Below, piece by piece: positions 24,760-39,300 of a DNA stretch of 64,000 nt; positions within the stretch are counted from its first letter, which is position 1; every line of letters starts with the position of its first letter. A model generated the notes under the pieces. That model saw only the letters and a list, made by a program, of their open reading frames with translations. It ran no database searches and had not been told where the DNA came from. Made by a program: the position numbers and the translations under genes. This stretch comes from Azolla caroliniana (lineage: Eukaryota; Plantae; Polypodiophyta), in NCBI GenBank assembly GCA_043228905.1, contig JBHGNT010000025.1:434001-498000 (forward strand). Reading direction: 5' to 3'.

Positions 24760-27700
24760 TGAAGAAATTAGCAATCTTGAGGAGGGAGTTGAGAGGAGCC
24801 CTTGAGTACATTAAAATGTTCATACCTGGCTCGTGTGATATCGGATTTTTGTGTTCAAACATGTGAATCGAAGCTAACAACGCTAGCTATTCTATGGAAC
24901 TAAAAAATCAAGATTTTGACACTCAGGTCGAGAGATATGAAGAAATTAGCAATCTTGAGGAGGGAGTTGAGAGGAGCCCTTGAGTACATTAAAATGTTCA
25001 TACCTGGCGCGTGTGATATCGGATTTTTGTGTTCAAACATGCGAATCGAAGCTAACAACGCTAGCTATTATATGGAACTAAAAAATCAAGATTTTGAAAC
25101 TCAGGTCGAGAAATATGAAGAAATTAGCAATCTTGAGGAGGGAGTTGAGAGGAGCCCTTGAGTACATTAAAATGTTCATACCTGGCTCGTGTGATATCGG
25201 ATTTTTGTGTTCAAACATGTGAATCGAAGCTAACAACGCTAGCCATTCTATGGAACTAAAAAATCAAGATTTTGAAACTCAGGTCGAGAGATATGAAGAA
25301 ATTAGCAATCATGAGGAGGGAGTTGAGAGGAGCCCTTGAGTACATTAAAATGTTCATACCTGGCGCGTGTGATATCGGATTTTTGTGTTCAGACATGCGA
25401 ATCGAAGCTAACAACGCTAGCTATTCTATGGAACTAAAAAATCAAGATTTTGAAATTGAGGTCGAGAGACATGAAGAAATTAGCAATCTTGAGGAGGGAG
25501 TTGAGAGGAGCCCTTGAGTATATTAAAATGTTTATACCTGGCTCGTGTGATATCGGATTTTTGTGTTCAAACATGCGAATCGAAGCTAACAACGCTAGCT
25601 ATGACATGGTATTAAAAAATCAAGATTTTGACACACAGGTCGAGAGACATGACGAAATTAGCAATCTTGAGGAGGGAGTTGAGAGGAGCCCTTGAGTAAA
25701 TTAAAATGTTCATACCTGGCGCGTGTGATATCGGATGTTTGTGTTCAAACATGCGAATCGAAGCTAACAACGCTAGCTATGACATGGTATTAAAAAATCA
25801 AGATTTTGAAAATCAAGTCGAGAGACATAACGAAATTACCTAATTTGAGGAGTGAGTTGAGAAGACCTAGTAGGTAAATTAAAATGTTCATACCTGGCTC
25901 GTGTGATATCGGATTTTTGTGTTCAAACATGCGAATCGAAGCTAACAACGCTAGTTATTCTATGGAACTAAAAAATCAAGATTTTGAAACTCAGGTCGAG
26001 AAATATGAAGAAATTAGCAATCTTGAGGAGGGAGTTGGGAGGAGCCCTTGAGTACATTAAAATGTTCATACCTGGCTCGTGTGATATCGGATTTTTGTGT
26101 TCAAACATGCGAATCGAAGCTAACAATGCTAGCTATGACATGGTATTAAAAAATCAAGATTTTGAAACTCAAGTCGAGAGACATGACGAAATTACCTAAT
26201 TTGAGGAGGGAGTTGAGACGACCTAGTAGGTAAATTAAAATGTTCATACCTGGCTCGTGTGATATCGGATTTTTGTGTTCAAACATGCGAATCAAAGCTA
26301 ACAACGCTAGCTATGATATGGAACTAAAAAATCAAGACTTTGAAAGTCAGGTCGAGAGATATGAAGAAATTAGCAATGTTGAGGAGGGAGTTGAGAGGAG
26401 CCCTTGAGTACATTAAAATGTTCATACTTGGCGCGTGTGATATCTGATGTTTGTGTTCAAACATGCGAATCGAAGCTAACAACGCTAGCTATTATATGGA
26501 ACTAAAAAGTCAAGATTTTGAAACTCAGGTCGAGAGATATGAAGAAATTAGCAATCTTGAGGAGGGAGTTGAGAGGAGCCCTTGAGTACATTAAAATGTT
26601 CATACCTGGCGCGTGTGATATCGGATTTTTGTGTTCAAACATGCGAATCGAAGCTAACATTGCTAGCTATGACATGGTATTAAAAAATCAAGATTTTGAA
26701 ACTCAAGTCGAGAGATATGAAGAAATTAGCAATCTTGAGGAGGGAGTTGAGAGGAGCCCTTGCGTAAATTAAAATGTTCATACCTGGCTCGTGTGATATC
26801 GGATTTTTGTGTTCAAACATGCGAATCGAAGCTAACAATGCTAGCTATGACATGGTATTAAAAAATCAAGATTTTGAAACTCAGGTCGAGAGATATGAAG
26901 AAATTAGCAATCTTGAGGAGGGAGTTGAGAGGAGCCCTTGAGTAAATTAAAATGTTCATACCTGGCTCGTGTGGTATCGGATTTTTGTGTTCAAACATGT
27001 GAATCGAAGCTAACAACGCTAGCTATTCTATGGAACTAAAAAATCAAGATTTTGAAACTCAGGTCGAGAGATATGAAGAAATTAGCAATCTTGAGGAGTG
27101 AGTTGAGAGGAGCCCTTGAGTACATTAAAATGTTCATACCTGGCTCGTGTGATATCGGATTTTTGTGTTCAAACATGCGAATCGAAGCTAACAATGCTAG
27201 CTATTATATGGAAGTAAAAAATCAAGATTTTGAAACTCAGGTCGAGAGATATGAAGAAATTAGCAATCTTGAGGAGGGAGTTGAGAGGAGCCCTTGAGTA
27301 AATTAAAATGTTCATACCTGGCTCGTGTGATATCGGATTTTTGTGTTCAAACATGTGAATCGAAGCTAACAACGCTAGCTATTCTATGGAACTAAAAAAT
27401 CAAGATTTTGAAACTCAGGTCGAGAGATATGAAGAAATTAGCAATCTTGAGGAGGGAGTTGAGAGGAGCCCTTGAGTACATTAAAATGTTCATACCTGGC
27501 TCGTGTGATATCGGATTTTTGTGTTCAAACATGCGAATCGAAGCTAACAACGCTAGCTATTATATGGAACTAAAAAATCAAGATTTTGAAACTCAGGTCC
27601 AGAAATATGAAGAAATTAGCAATCTTGAGGAGGGAGTTGAGAGGAGCCCTTGAGTACATTAAAATGTTCATACCTGGCTCGTGTGATATCGGATTTTTGT

Positions 27701-30700
27701 GTTCAAACATGTGAATCGAAGCTAACAACGCTAGCTATTCTATGGAACTAAAAAATCAAGATTTTGAAACTCAGGTCGAGAGATATGAAGAAATTAGCAA
27801 TCTTGAGGAGGGAGTTGAGAGGAGCCCTTGAGTACATTAAAATGTTCATACCTGGCGCGTGTGATATCGGATTTTTGTGTTCAAACATGCGAATCGAAGC
27901 TAACAACGCTAGCTATTATATGGAACTAAAAAATCAAGATTTTGAAACTCAGGTCGACAGATATGAAGAAATTAGCAATCTTGAGGAGGGAGTTGAGAGG
28001 AGCCCTTGAGTACATTAAAATGTTCATACCTGGCGCGTGTGATATCGGATTTTTGTGTTCAAACATGCGAATCGAAGCTAACAACGCTAGCTATTATATG
28101 GAACTAAAAAATCAAGATTTTGAAACTCAGGTCGAGAAATATGAAGAAATTAGCAATCTTGAGGAGGGAGTTGAGAGGAGCCCTTGAGTACATTAAAATG
28201 TTCATACCTGGCTCGTGTGATATCGGATTTTTGTGTTCAAACATGTGAATCGAAGCTAACAACGCTAGCCATTCTATGGAACTAAAAAATCAAGATTTTG
28301 AAACTCAGGTAGAGAGATATGAAGAAATTAGCAATCCTGACGAGGGAGTTGAGAGGAGCCCTTGAGTACATTAAAATGTTCATACCTGGCTCGTGTGATA
28401 TCGGATTTTTGTGTTCAAACATGCGAATCGAAGCTAACAATGCTAGCTATGACATGGTATTAAAAAATCAAGATTTTGAAACTCAAGTCGAGAGACATGA
28501 CGAAATTACCTAATTTGAGGAGGGAGTTGAGACGACCTAGTAGGTAAATTAAAATGTTCATACCTGGCTCGTGTGATATCGGATTTTTGTGTTCAAACAT
28601 GCGAATCAAAGCTAACAACGCTAGCTATGATATGGAACTAAAAAATCAAGACTTTGAAAGTCAGGTCGAGAGATATGAAGAAATTAGCAATGTTGAGGAG
28701 GGAGTTGAGAGGAGCCCTTGAGTACATTAAAATGTTCATACTTGGCGCGTGTGATATCTGATGTTTGTGTTCAAACATGCGAATCGAAGCTAACAACGCT
28801 AGCTATTATATGGAACTAAAAAGTCAAGATTTTGAAACTCAGGTCGAGAGATATGAAGAAATTAGCAATCTTGAGGAGGGAGTTGAGAGGAGCCCTTGAG
28901 TACATTAAAATGTTCATACCTGGCGCGTGTGATATCGGATTTTTGTGTTCAAACATGCGAATCGAAGCTAACATTGCTAGCTATGACATGGTATTAAAAA
29001 ATCAAGATTTTGAAACTCAAGTCGAGAGATATGAAGAAATTAGCAATCTTGAGGAGGGAGTTGAGAGGAGCCCTTGCGTAAATTAAAATGTTCATACCTG
29101 GCTCGTGTGATATCGGATTTTTGTGTTCAAACATGCGAATCGAAGCTAACAATGCTAGCTATGACATGGTATTAAAAAATCAAGATTTTGAAACTCAGGT
29201 CGAGAGATATGAAGAAATTAGCAATCTTGAGGAGGGAGTTGAGAGGAGCCCTTGAGTAAATTAAAATGTTCATACCTGGCTCGTGTGGTATCGGATTTTT
29301 GTGTTCAAACATGTGAATCGAAGCTAACAACGCTAGCTATTCTATGGAACTAAAAAATCAAGATTTTGAAACTCAGGTCGAGAGATATGAAGAAATTAGC
29401 AATCTTGAGGAGTGAGTTGAGAGGAGCCCTTGAGTACATTAAAATGTTCATACCTGGCTCGTGTGATATCGGATTTTTGTGTTCAAACATGCGAATCGAA
29501 GCTAACAATGCTAGCTATTATATGGAAGTAAAAAATCAAGATTTTGAAACTCAGGTCGAGAGATATGAAGAAATTAGCAATCTTGAGGAGGGAGTTGAGA
29601 GGAGCCCTTGAGTAAATTAAAATGTTCATACCTGGCTCGTGTGATATCGGATTTTTGTGTTCAAACATGTGAATCGAAGCTAACAACGCTAGCTATTCTA
29701 TGGAACTAAAAAATCAAGATTTTGAAACTCAGGTCGAGAGATATGAAGAAATTAGCAATCTTGAGGAGGGAGTTGAGAGGAGCCCTTGAGTACATTAAAA
29801 TGTTCATACCTGGCTCGTGTGATATCGGATTTTTGTGTTCAAACATGCGAATCGAAGCTAACAACGCTAGCTATTATATGGAACTAAAAAATCAAGATTT
29901 TGAAACTCAGGTCCAGAAATATGAAGAAATTAGCAATCTTGAGGAGGGAGTTGAGAGGAGCCCTTGAGTACATTAAAATGTTCATACCTGGCTCGTGTGA
30001 TATCGGATTTTTGTGTTCAAACATGTGAATCGAAGCTAACAACGCTAGCTATTCTATGGAACTAAAAAATCAAGATTTTGAAACTCAGGTCGAGAGATAT
30101 GAAGAAATTAGCAATCTTGAGGAGGGAGTTGAGAGGAGCCCTTGAGTACATTAAAATGTTCATACCTGGCGCGTGTGATATCGGATTTTTGTGTTCAAAC
30201 ATGCGAATCGAAGCTAACAACGCTAGCTATTATATGGAACTAAAAAATCAAGATTTTGAAACTCAGGTCGACAGATATGAAGAAATTAGCAATCTTGAGG
30301 AGGGAGTTGAGAGGAGCCCTTGAGTACATTAAAATGTTCATACCTGGCTCGTGTGATATCGGATTTTTGTGTTCAAACATGTGAATCGAAGCTAACAACG
30401 CTAGCTATTCTATGGAACTAAAAAATCAAGATTTTGACACTCAGGTCGAGAGATATGAAGAAATTAGCAATCTTGAGGAGGGAGTTGAGAGGAGCCCTTG
30501 AGTACATTAAAATGTTCATACCTGGCGCGTGTGATATCGGATTTTTGTGTTCAAACATGCGAATCGAAGCTAACAACGCTAGCTATTATATGGAACTAAA
30601 AAATCAAGATTTTGAAACTCAGGTCGAGAAATATGAAGAAATTAGCAATCTTGAGGAGGGAGTTGAGAGGAGCCCTTGAGTACATTAAAATGTTCATACC

Positions 30701-32492
30701 TGGCTCGTGTGATATCGGATTTTTGTGTTCAAACATGTGAATCGAAGCTAACAACGCTAGCCATTCTATGGAACTAAAAAATCAAGATTTTGAAACTCAG
30801 GTCGAGAGATATGAAGAAATTAGCAATCATGAGGAGGGAGTTGAGAGGAGCCCTTGAGTACATTAAAATGTTCATACCTGGCGCGTGTGATATCGGATTT
30901 TTGTGTTCAGACATGCGAATCGAAGCTAACAACGCTAGCTATTCTATGGAACTAAAAAATCAAGATTTTGAAATTGAGGTCGAGAGACATGAAGAAATTA
31001 GCAATCTTGAGGAGGGAGTTGAGAGGAGCCCTTGAGTATATTAAAATGTTTATACCTGGCTCGTGTGATATCGGATTTTTGTGTTCAAACATGCGAATCG
31101 AAGCTAACAACGCTAGCTATGACATGGTATTAAAAAATCAAGATTTTGACACACAGGTCGAGAGACATGACGAAATTAGCAATCTTGAGGAGGGAGTTGA
31201 GAGGAGCCCTTGAGTAAATTAAAATGTTCATACCTGGCGCGTGTGATATCGGATGTTTGTGTTCAAACATGCGAATCGAAGCTAACAACGCTAGCTATGA
31301 CATGGTATTAAAAAATCAAGATTTTGAAAATCAAGTCGAGAGACATAACGAAATTACCTAATTTGAGGAGTGAGTTGAGAAGACCTAGTAGGTAAATTAA
31401 AATGTTCATACCTGGCTCGTGTGATATCGGATTTTTGTGTTCAAACATGCGAATCGAAGCTAACAACGCTAGTTATTCTATGGAACTAAAAAATCAAGAT
31501 TTTGAAACTCAGGTCGAGAAATATGAAGAAATTAGCAATCTTGAGGAGGGAGTTGGGAGGAGCCCTTGAGTACATTAAAATGTTCATACCTGGCTCGTGT
31601 GATATCGGATTTTTGTGTTCAAACATGCGAATCGAAGCTAACAATGCTAGCTATGACATGGTATTAAAAAATCAAGATTTTGAAACTCAAGTCGAGAGAC
31701 ATGACGAAATTACCTAATTTGAGGAGGGAGTTGAGACGACCTAGTAGGTAAATTAAAATGTTCATACCTGGCTCGTGTGATATCGGATTTTTGTGTTCAA
31801 ACATGCGAATCAAAGCTAACAACGCTAGCTATGAGATGGAACTAAAAAATCAAGACTTTGAAAGTCAGGTCGAGAGATATGAAGAAATTAGCAATGTTGA
31901 GGAGGGAGTTGAGAGGAGCCCTTGAGTACATTAAAATGTTCATACTTGGCGCGTGTGATATCTGATGTTTGTGTTCAAACATGCGAATCGAAGCTAACAA
32001 CGCTAGCTATTATATGGAACTAAAAAGTCAAGATTTTGAAACACAGGTCGAGAGATATGAAGAAATTAGCAATCTTGAGGAGGGAGTTGAGAGGAGCCCT
32101 TGAGTACATTAAAATGTTCATACCTGGCGCGTGTGATATCGGATTTTTGTGTTCAAACATGCGAATCGAAGCTAACATTGCTAGCTATGACATGGTATTA
32201 AAAAATCAAGATTTTGAAACTCAAGTCGAGAGATATGAAGAAATTAGCAATCTTGAGGAGGGAGTTGAGAGGAGCCCTTGCGTAAATTAAAATGTTCATA
32301 CCTGGCTCGTGTGATATCGGATTTTTGTGTTCAAACATGCGAATCGAAGCTAACAATGCTAGCTATGACATGGTATTAAAAAATCAAGATTTTGAAACTC
32401 AGGTCGAGAGATATGAAGAAATTAGCAATCTTGAGGAGGGAGTTGAGAGGAGCCCTTGAGTAAATTAAAATGTTCATACCTGGCTCGTGTGA
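24760..32492 (+). repeat. ~2.2 kb block repeated at 31-monomer (5518 bp) offset (~24760-26974 and ~30278-32492)
   Basis: ORF pairs 24916/30434, 25272/30790, 25450/30968, 25984/31502 and 26518/32036. The rare GTTGGGAGG variant is at ~26037 and ~31555. Confidence 0.85.
26040..30348 (+). repeat. ~2.0 kb block repeated at 13-monomer (2314 bp) offset (~26040-28034 and ~28354-30348)
   Basis: ORF pairs 26518/28832, 27052/29366, 27408/29722 and 27764/30078. The variants GTGTGGTATC and GGAAGTAAAA were seen only in these two copies. Confidence 0.88.
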
Positions 32493-33300
32493 TATCGGAT
32501 TTTTGTGTTCAAACATGCGAATCGAAGCTAACAACGCTAGCTATGATATGGTATTAAAAAATCATGATTTTGAAACTCAGGTCGAGAGACATGACGAAAT
32601 TACCAAATTGGAGGAGGGAGTTGAGAGGAGCCCTTGAGTATATTAAAATGTTCATACCTGGCGCGTGTGATATCGGATTTTTGTGTTCCAACATGCGAAT
32701 CGAAGCTAACAACGCTAGCTATGACATGGTATTAAAAAATCAAGATTTTGAAACTCAGGTCGAGAGACATGAAGAAATTAGCAATCTTGAGGAGGGAGTT
32801 GAGAGGAGCCCTTGAGTAAATTAAAATGTTCATACCTGGCTCGTGTGATATCGGTTTTTTGTGTTCAAACATGCGAATCGAAGCTAAAAACGCTAGCTAT
32901 GATATGGTATTCAAAAATCATGATTTCGAAATTGAGGTCGAGAGACATGAAGAAATTAGCAATCTTGAGGAGGGAGTTGAGAGGAGCCCTTGAGTACATT
33001 AAAATGTTCATACCTGGCTCGTGTGATATCGGATTTTTGTGTTCAAACATGCGAATCGAAGCTAACAACGCTAGCTATTATATGGAACTAAAAAATCAAG
33101 ATTTTGAAACTCAGGTCCAGAAATATGAAGAAATTAGCAATCTTGAGGAGGGAGTTGAGAGGAGCCCTTGAGTACATTAAAATGTTCATACCTGGCTCGT
33201 GTGATATCGGATTTTTGTGTTCAAACATGTGAATCGAAGCTAACAACGCTAGCTATTCTATGGAACTAAAAAATCAAGATTTTGAAACTCAGGTCGAGAG

Positions 33301-36300
33301 ATATGAAGAAATTAGCAATCTTGAGGAGGGAGTTGAGAGGAGCCCTTGAGTACATTAAAATGTTCATACCTGGCGCGTGTGATATCGGATTTTTGTGTTC
33401 AAACATGCGAATCGAAGCTAACAACGCTAGCTATTATATGGAACTAAAAAATCAAGATTTTGAAACTCAGGTCGAGAGATATGAAGAAATTAGCAATCTT
33501 GAGGAGGGAGTTGAGAGGAGCCCTTGAGTACATTAAAATGTTCATACCTGGCTCGTGTGATATCGGATTTTTGTGTTCAAACATGCGAATCGAAGCTAAC
33601 AATGCTAGCTATGACATGGTATTAAAAAATCAAGATTTTGAAACTCAAGTCGAGAGATATGAAGAAATTAGCAATCTTGAGGAGGGAGTTGAGAGGAGCC
33701 CTTGAGTACATTAAAATGTTCATACCTGGCGCGTGTGATATCGGATTTTTGTGTTCAAACATGCGAATCGAAGCTAACAACGCTAGCTATTATATGGAAC
33801 TAAAAAATCAAGATTTTGAAACTCAGGTCCAGAAATATGAAGAAATTAGCAATCTTGAGGAGGGAGTTGAGAGGAGCCCTTGAGTACATTTAAATGTTCA
33901 TACCTGGCTCGTGTGATATCGGATTTTTGTGTTCAAACATGCGAATCGAAGCTAACAATGCTAGCTATGACATGGTATTAAAAAATCAAGATTTTGAAAC
34001 TCAAGTCGAGAGATATGAAGAAATTAGCAATCTTGAGGAGGGAGTTGAGAGGAGCCCTTGAGTAAATTAAAATGTTCATACCTGGCTCGTGTGATATCGG
34101 ATTTTTGTGTTCAACCATGCGAATCAAAGCTAACAACGCTACCTATGATATGGAACTAAAAAATCATGATTTTGAAACTCAGGTCAAGAGATATGAAGAA
34201 ATTAGCAATGTTGAGGAGGGAGTTGAGAGGAGCCCTTGAGTACATTAAAATGTTCATACCTGGCGCGTGTGATATCTGATTTTTGTGTTCAAACATGCGA
34301 ATCGAAGCTAACAACGCTAGCTATGATATGGAACTAAAAAATCATGATTTTGAAACTCAGGTCGAGAGATATGAAGAAATTAGCAATCTTGAGGAGGGAG
34401 TTGAGAGGAGCCCTTGAGTACATTAAAATGTTCATACCTGGCTCGTGTGATATCGGATTTTTGTGTTCAAACATGCGAATCGAAGCTAACATTGCTAGCT
34501 ATGACATGGTATTAAAAAATCAAGATTTTGAAACTCAAGTCGAGAGATATGAATAAATTAGCAATCTTGAGGAGGGAGTTGAGAGGAGCCCTTGCGTAAA
34601 TTAAAATGTTCATACCTGGCTCGTGTGATATCGGATTTTTGTGTTCAAACATGCGAATCGAAGCTAACAATGCTAGCTATGACATGGTATTAAAAAATCA
34701 AGATTTTGAAACTCAGGTCGAGAGATATGAAGAAATTAGCAATCTTGAGGAGGGAGTTGAGAGGAGCCCTTGAGTAAATTAAAATGTTCATACCTGGCTC
34801 GTGTGATATCGGATTTTTGTGTTCAAACATGCGAATCGAAGCTAACAACGCTAGCTATTCTATGGAACTAAAAAATCAAGATTTTGAAATTGAGGTCGAG
34901 AGACATGAAGAAATTAGCAATCTTGAGGAGGGAGTTGAGAGGAGCCCTTGAGTAAATTAAAATGTTCATACCTGGCTCGTGTGATATCGGTTTTTTGTGT
35001 TCAAACATGAGAATCGAAGCTAAAAACGCTAGCTATGATATGGTATTCAAAAATCATGATTTCGAAATTGAGGTCGAGAGACATGAAGAAATTAGCAATC
35101 TTGAGGAGGGAGTTGAGAGGAGCCCTTGAGTACATTAAAATGTTCATACCTGGCTCGTGTGATATCGGATTTTTGTGTTCAAACATGCGAATCGAAGCTA
35201 ACAACGCTAGCTATTATATGGAACTAAAAAATCAAGATTTTGAAACTCAGGTCCAGAAATATGAAGAAATTAGCAACCTTGAGGAGGGAGTTGAGAGGAG
35301 CCCTTGAGTACATTAAAATGTTCATACCTGGCTCGTGTGATATCGGATTTTTGTGTTCAAACATGTGAATCGAAGCTAACAACGCTAGCTATTATATGGA
35401 ACTAAAAAATCAAGATTTTGAAACTCAGGTCCAGAAATATGAAGAAATTAGCAATCTTGAGGAGGGAGTTGAGAGGAGCCCTTGAGTACATTAAAATGTT
35501 CATACCTGGCTCGTGTGATATCGGATTTTTGTGTTCAAACATGTGAATCGAAGCTAACAACGCTAGCTATTCTATGGAACTAAAAAATCAAGATTTTGAA
35601 ACTCAGGTCGAGAGATATGAAGAAATTAGCAATCTTGAGGAGGGAGTTGAGAGGAGCCCTTGAGTACATTAAAATGTTCATACCTGGCGCGTGTGATATC
35701 GGATTTTTGTGTTCAAACATGCGAATCGAAGCTAACAATGCTAGCTATGACATGGTATTAAAAAATCATGATTTTGAAACTCAGGTCGAGAGATATGAAG
35801 AAATTAGCAATCTTGAGGAGGGAGTTGAGAGGAGCCATTGAGTAAATTAAAATGTTCATACATGGCTCGTGTGATATCGGATTTTTGTGTTCAAACATGT
35901 GAATCGAAGTTAACAACGCTAGCTATGATATGGAACTAAAAAATCAAGATTTTGAAAGTCAGGTCGAGAGATATGAAGAAATTAGCAATCTTGAGGAGGG
36001 AGTTGAGAGGAGCCCTTGAGTACATTAAAATGTTCATACCTGGCTCGTGTGATATCGGATTTTTGTGTTCAAACATGCGAATCGAAGCTAACATTGCTAG
36101 CTATGACATGGTATTAAAAAATCAAGATTTTGAAACTCAAGTCGAGAGATATGAATAAATTAGCAATCTTGAGGAGGGAGTTGAGAGGAGCCCTTGCGTA
36201 AATTAAAATGTTCATACCTGGCTCGTGTGATATCGGATTTTTGTGTTCAAACATGCGAATCGAAGCTAACAATGCTAGCTATGACATGGTATTAAAAAAT

Positions 36301-39300
36301 CAAGATTTTGAAACTCAGGTCGAGAGATATGAAGAAATTAGCAATCTTGAGGAGGGAGTTGAGAGGAGCCCTTGAGTAAATTAAAATGTTCATACCTAGC
36401 TCGTGTGATATCGGATTTTTGTGTTCAACCATGCGAATCAAAGCTAACAACGCTACCTATGATATGGAACTAAAAAATCATGATTTTGAAACTCAGGTCA
36501 AGAGATATGAAGAAATTAGCAATGTTGAGGAGGGAGTTGAGAGGAGCCCTTGAGTACATTAAAATGTTCATACCTGGCGCGTGTGATATCTGATTTTTGT
36601 GTTCAAACATGCGAATCGAAGCTAACAACGCTAGCTATGATATGGAACTAAAAAATCAAGATTTTGAAAGTCAGGTCGAGAGATATGAAGAAATTAGCAA
36701 TCTTGAGGAGGGAGTTGAGAGGAGCCCTTGAGTACATTAAAATGTTCATACCTGGCTCGTGTGATATCGGATTTTTGTGTTCAAACATGCGAATCGAAGC
36801 TAACATTGCTAGCTATGACATGGTATTAAAAAATCAAGATTTTGAAACTCAAGTCGAGAGATATGAATAAATTAGCAATCTTGAGGAGGGAGTTGAGAGG
36901 AGCCCTTGCGTAAATTAAAATGTTCATACCTGGCTCGTGTGATATCGGATTTTTGTGTTCAAACATGCGAATCGAAGCTAACAATGCTAGCTATGACATG
37001 GTATTAAAAAATCAAGATTTTGAAACTCAGGTCGAGAGATATGAAGAAATTAGCAATCTTGAGGAGGGAGTTGAGAGGAGCCCTTGAGTAAATTAAAATG
37101 TTCATACCTAGCTCGTGTGATATCGGATTTTTGTGTTCAAACATGCGAATCGAAGCTAACAACGCTAGCTATTCTATGGAACTAAAAAATCAAGATTTTG
37201 AAATTGAGGTCGAGAGACATGAAGAAATTAGCAATCTTGAGGAGGGAGTTGAGAGGAGCCCTTGAGTAAATTAAAATGTTCATACCTGGCTCGTGTGATA
37301 TCGGTTTTTTGTGTTCAAACATGAGAATCGAAGCTAAAAACGCTAGCTATGATATGGTATTCAAAAATCATGATTTCGAAATTGAGGTCGAGAGACATGA
37401 AGAAATTAGCAATCTTGAGGAGGGAGTTGAGAGGAGCCCTTGAGTACATTAAAATGTTCATACCTGGCTCGTGTGATATCGGATTTTTGTGTTCAAACAT
37501 GCGAATCGAAGCTAACAACGCTAGCTATTATATGGAACTAAAAAATCAAGATTTTGAAACTCAGGTCCAGAAATATGAAGAAATTAGCAATCTTGAGGAG
37601 GGAGTTGAGAGGAGCCCTTGAGTACATTAAAATGTTCATACCTGGCTCGTGTGATATCGGATTTTTGTGTTCAAACATGTGAATCGAAGCTAACAACGCT
37701 AGCTATTATATGGAACTAAAAAATCAAGATTTTGAAACTCAGGTCCAGAAATATGAAGAAATTAGCAATCTTGAGGAGGGAGTTGAGAGGAGCCCTTGAG
37801 TACATTAAAATGTTCATACCTGGCGCGTGTGATATCGGATTTTTGTGTTCAAACATGCGAATCGAAGCTAACAACGCTAGCTATTATATGGAACTAAAAA
37901 ATCAAGATTTTGAAACTCAGGTCGAGAGATATGAAGAAATTAGCAATCTTGAGGAGGGAGTTGAGAGGAGCCCTTGAGTACATTAAAATGTTCATACCTG
38001 GCTCGTGTGATATCGGATTTTTGTGTTCAAACATGCGAATCGAAGCTAACAATGCTAGCTATGACATGGTATTAAAAAATCAAGATTTTGAAACTCAAGT
38101 CGAGAGATATGAAGAAATTAGCAATCTTGAGGAGGGAGTTGAGAGGAGCCCTTGAGTACATTAAAATGTTCATACCTGGCGCGTGTGATATCGGATTTTT
38201 GTGTTCAAACATGCGAATCGAAGCTAACAACGCTAGCTATTATATGGAACTAAAAAATCAAGATTTTGAAACTCAGGTCCAGAAATATGAAGAAATTAGC
38301 AATCTTGAGGAGGGAGTTGAGAGGAGCCCTTGAGTACATTTAAATGTTCATACCTGGCTCGTGTGATATCGGATTTTTGTGTTCAAACATGCGAATCGAA
38401 GCTAACAATGCTAGCTATAACATGGTATTAAAAAATCAAGATTTTGAAACTCAAGTCGAGAGATATGAAGAAATTAGCAATCTTGAGGAGGGAGTTGAGA
38501 GGAGCCCTTGAGTAAATTAAAATGTTCATACCTGGCTCGTGTGATATCGGATTTTTGTGTTCAACCATGCGAATCAAAGCTAACAACGCTACCTATGATA
38601 TGGAACTAAAAAATCATGATTTTGAAACTCAGGTCAAGAGATATGAAGAAATTAGCAATGTTGAGGAGGGAGTTGAGAGGAGCCCTTGAGTACATTAAAA
38701 TGTTCATACCTGGCGCGTGTGATATCTGATTTTTGTGTTCAAACATGCGAATCGAAGCTAACAACGCTAGCTATGATATGGAACTAAAAAATCATGATTT
38801 TGAAACTCAGGTCGAGAGATATGAAGAAATTAGCAATCTTGAGGAGGGAGTTGAGAGGAGCCCTTGAGTACATTAAAATGTTCATACCTGGCTCGTGTGA
38901 TATCGGATTTTTGTGTTCAAACATGCGAATCGAAGCTAACATTGCTAGCTATGACATGGTATTAAAAAATCAAGATTTTGAAACTCAAGTCGAGAGATAT
39001 GAATAAATTAGCAATCTTGAGGAGGGAGTTGAGAGGAGCCCTTGCGTAAATTAAAATGTTCATACCTGGCTCGTGTGATATCGGATTTTTGTGTTCAAAC
39101 ATGCGAATCGAAGCTAACAATGCTAGCTATGACATGGTATTAAAAAATCAAGATTTTGAAACTCAGGTCGAGAGATATGAAGAAATTAGCAATCTTGAGG
39201 AGGGAGTTGAGAGGAGCCCTTGAGTAAATTAAAATGTTCATACCTGGCTCGTGTGATATCGGATTTTTGTGTTCAAACATGCGAATCGAAGCTAACAACG

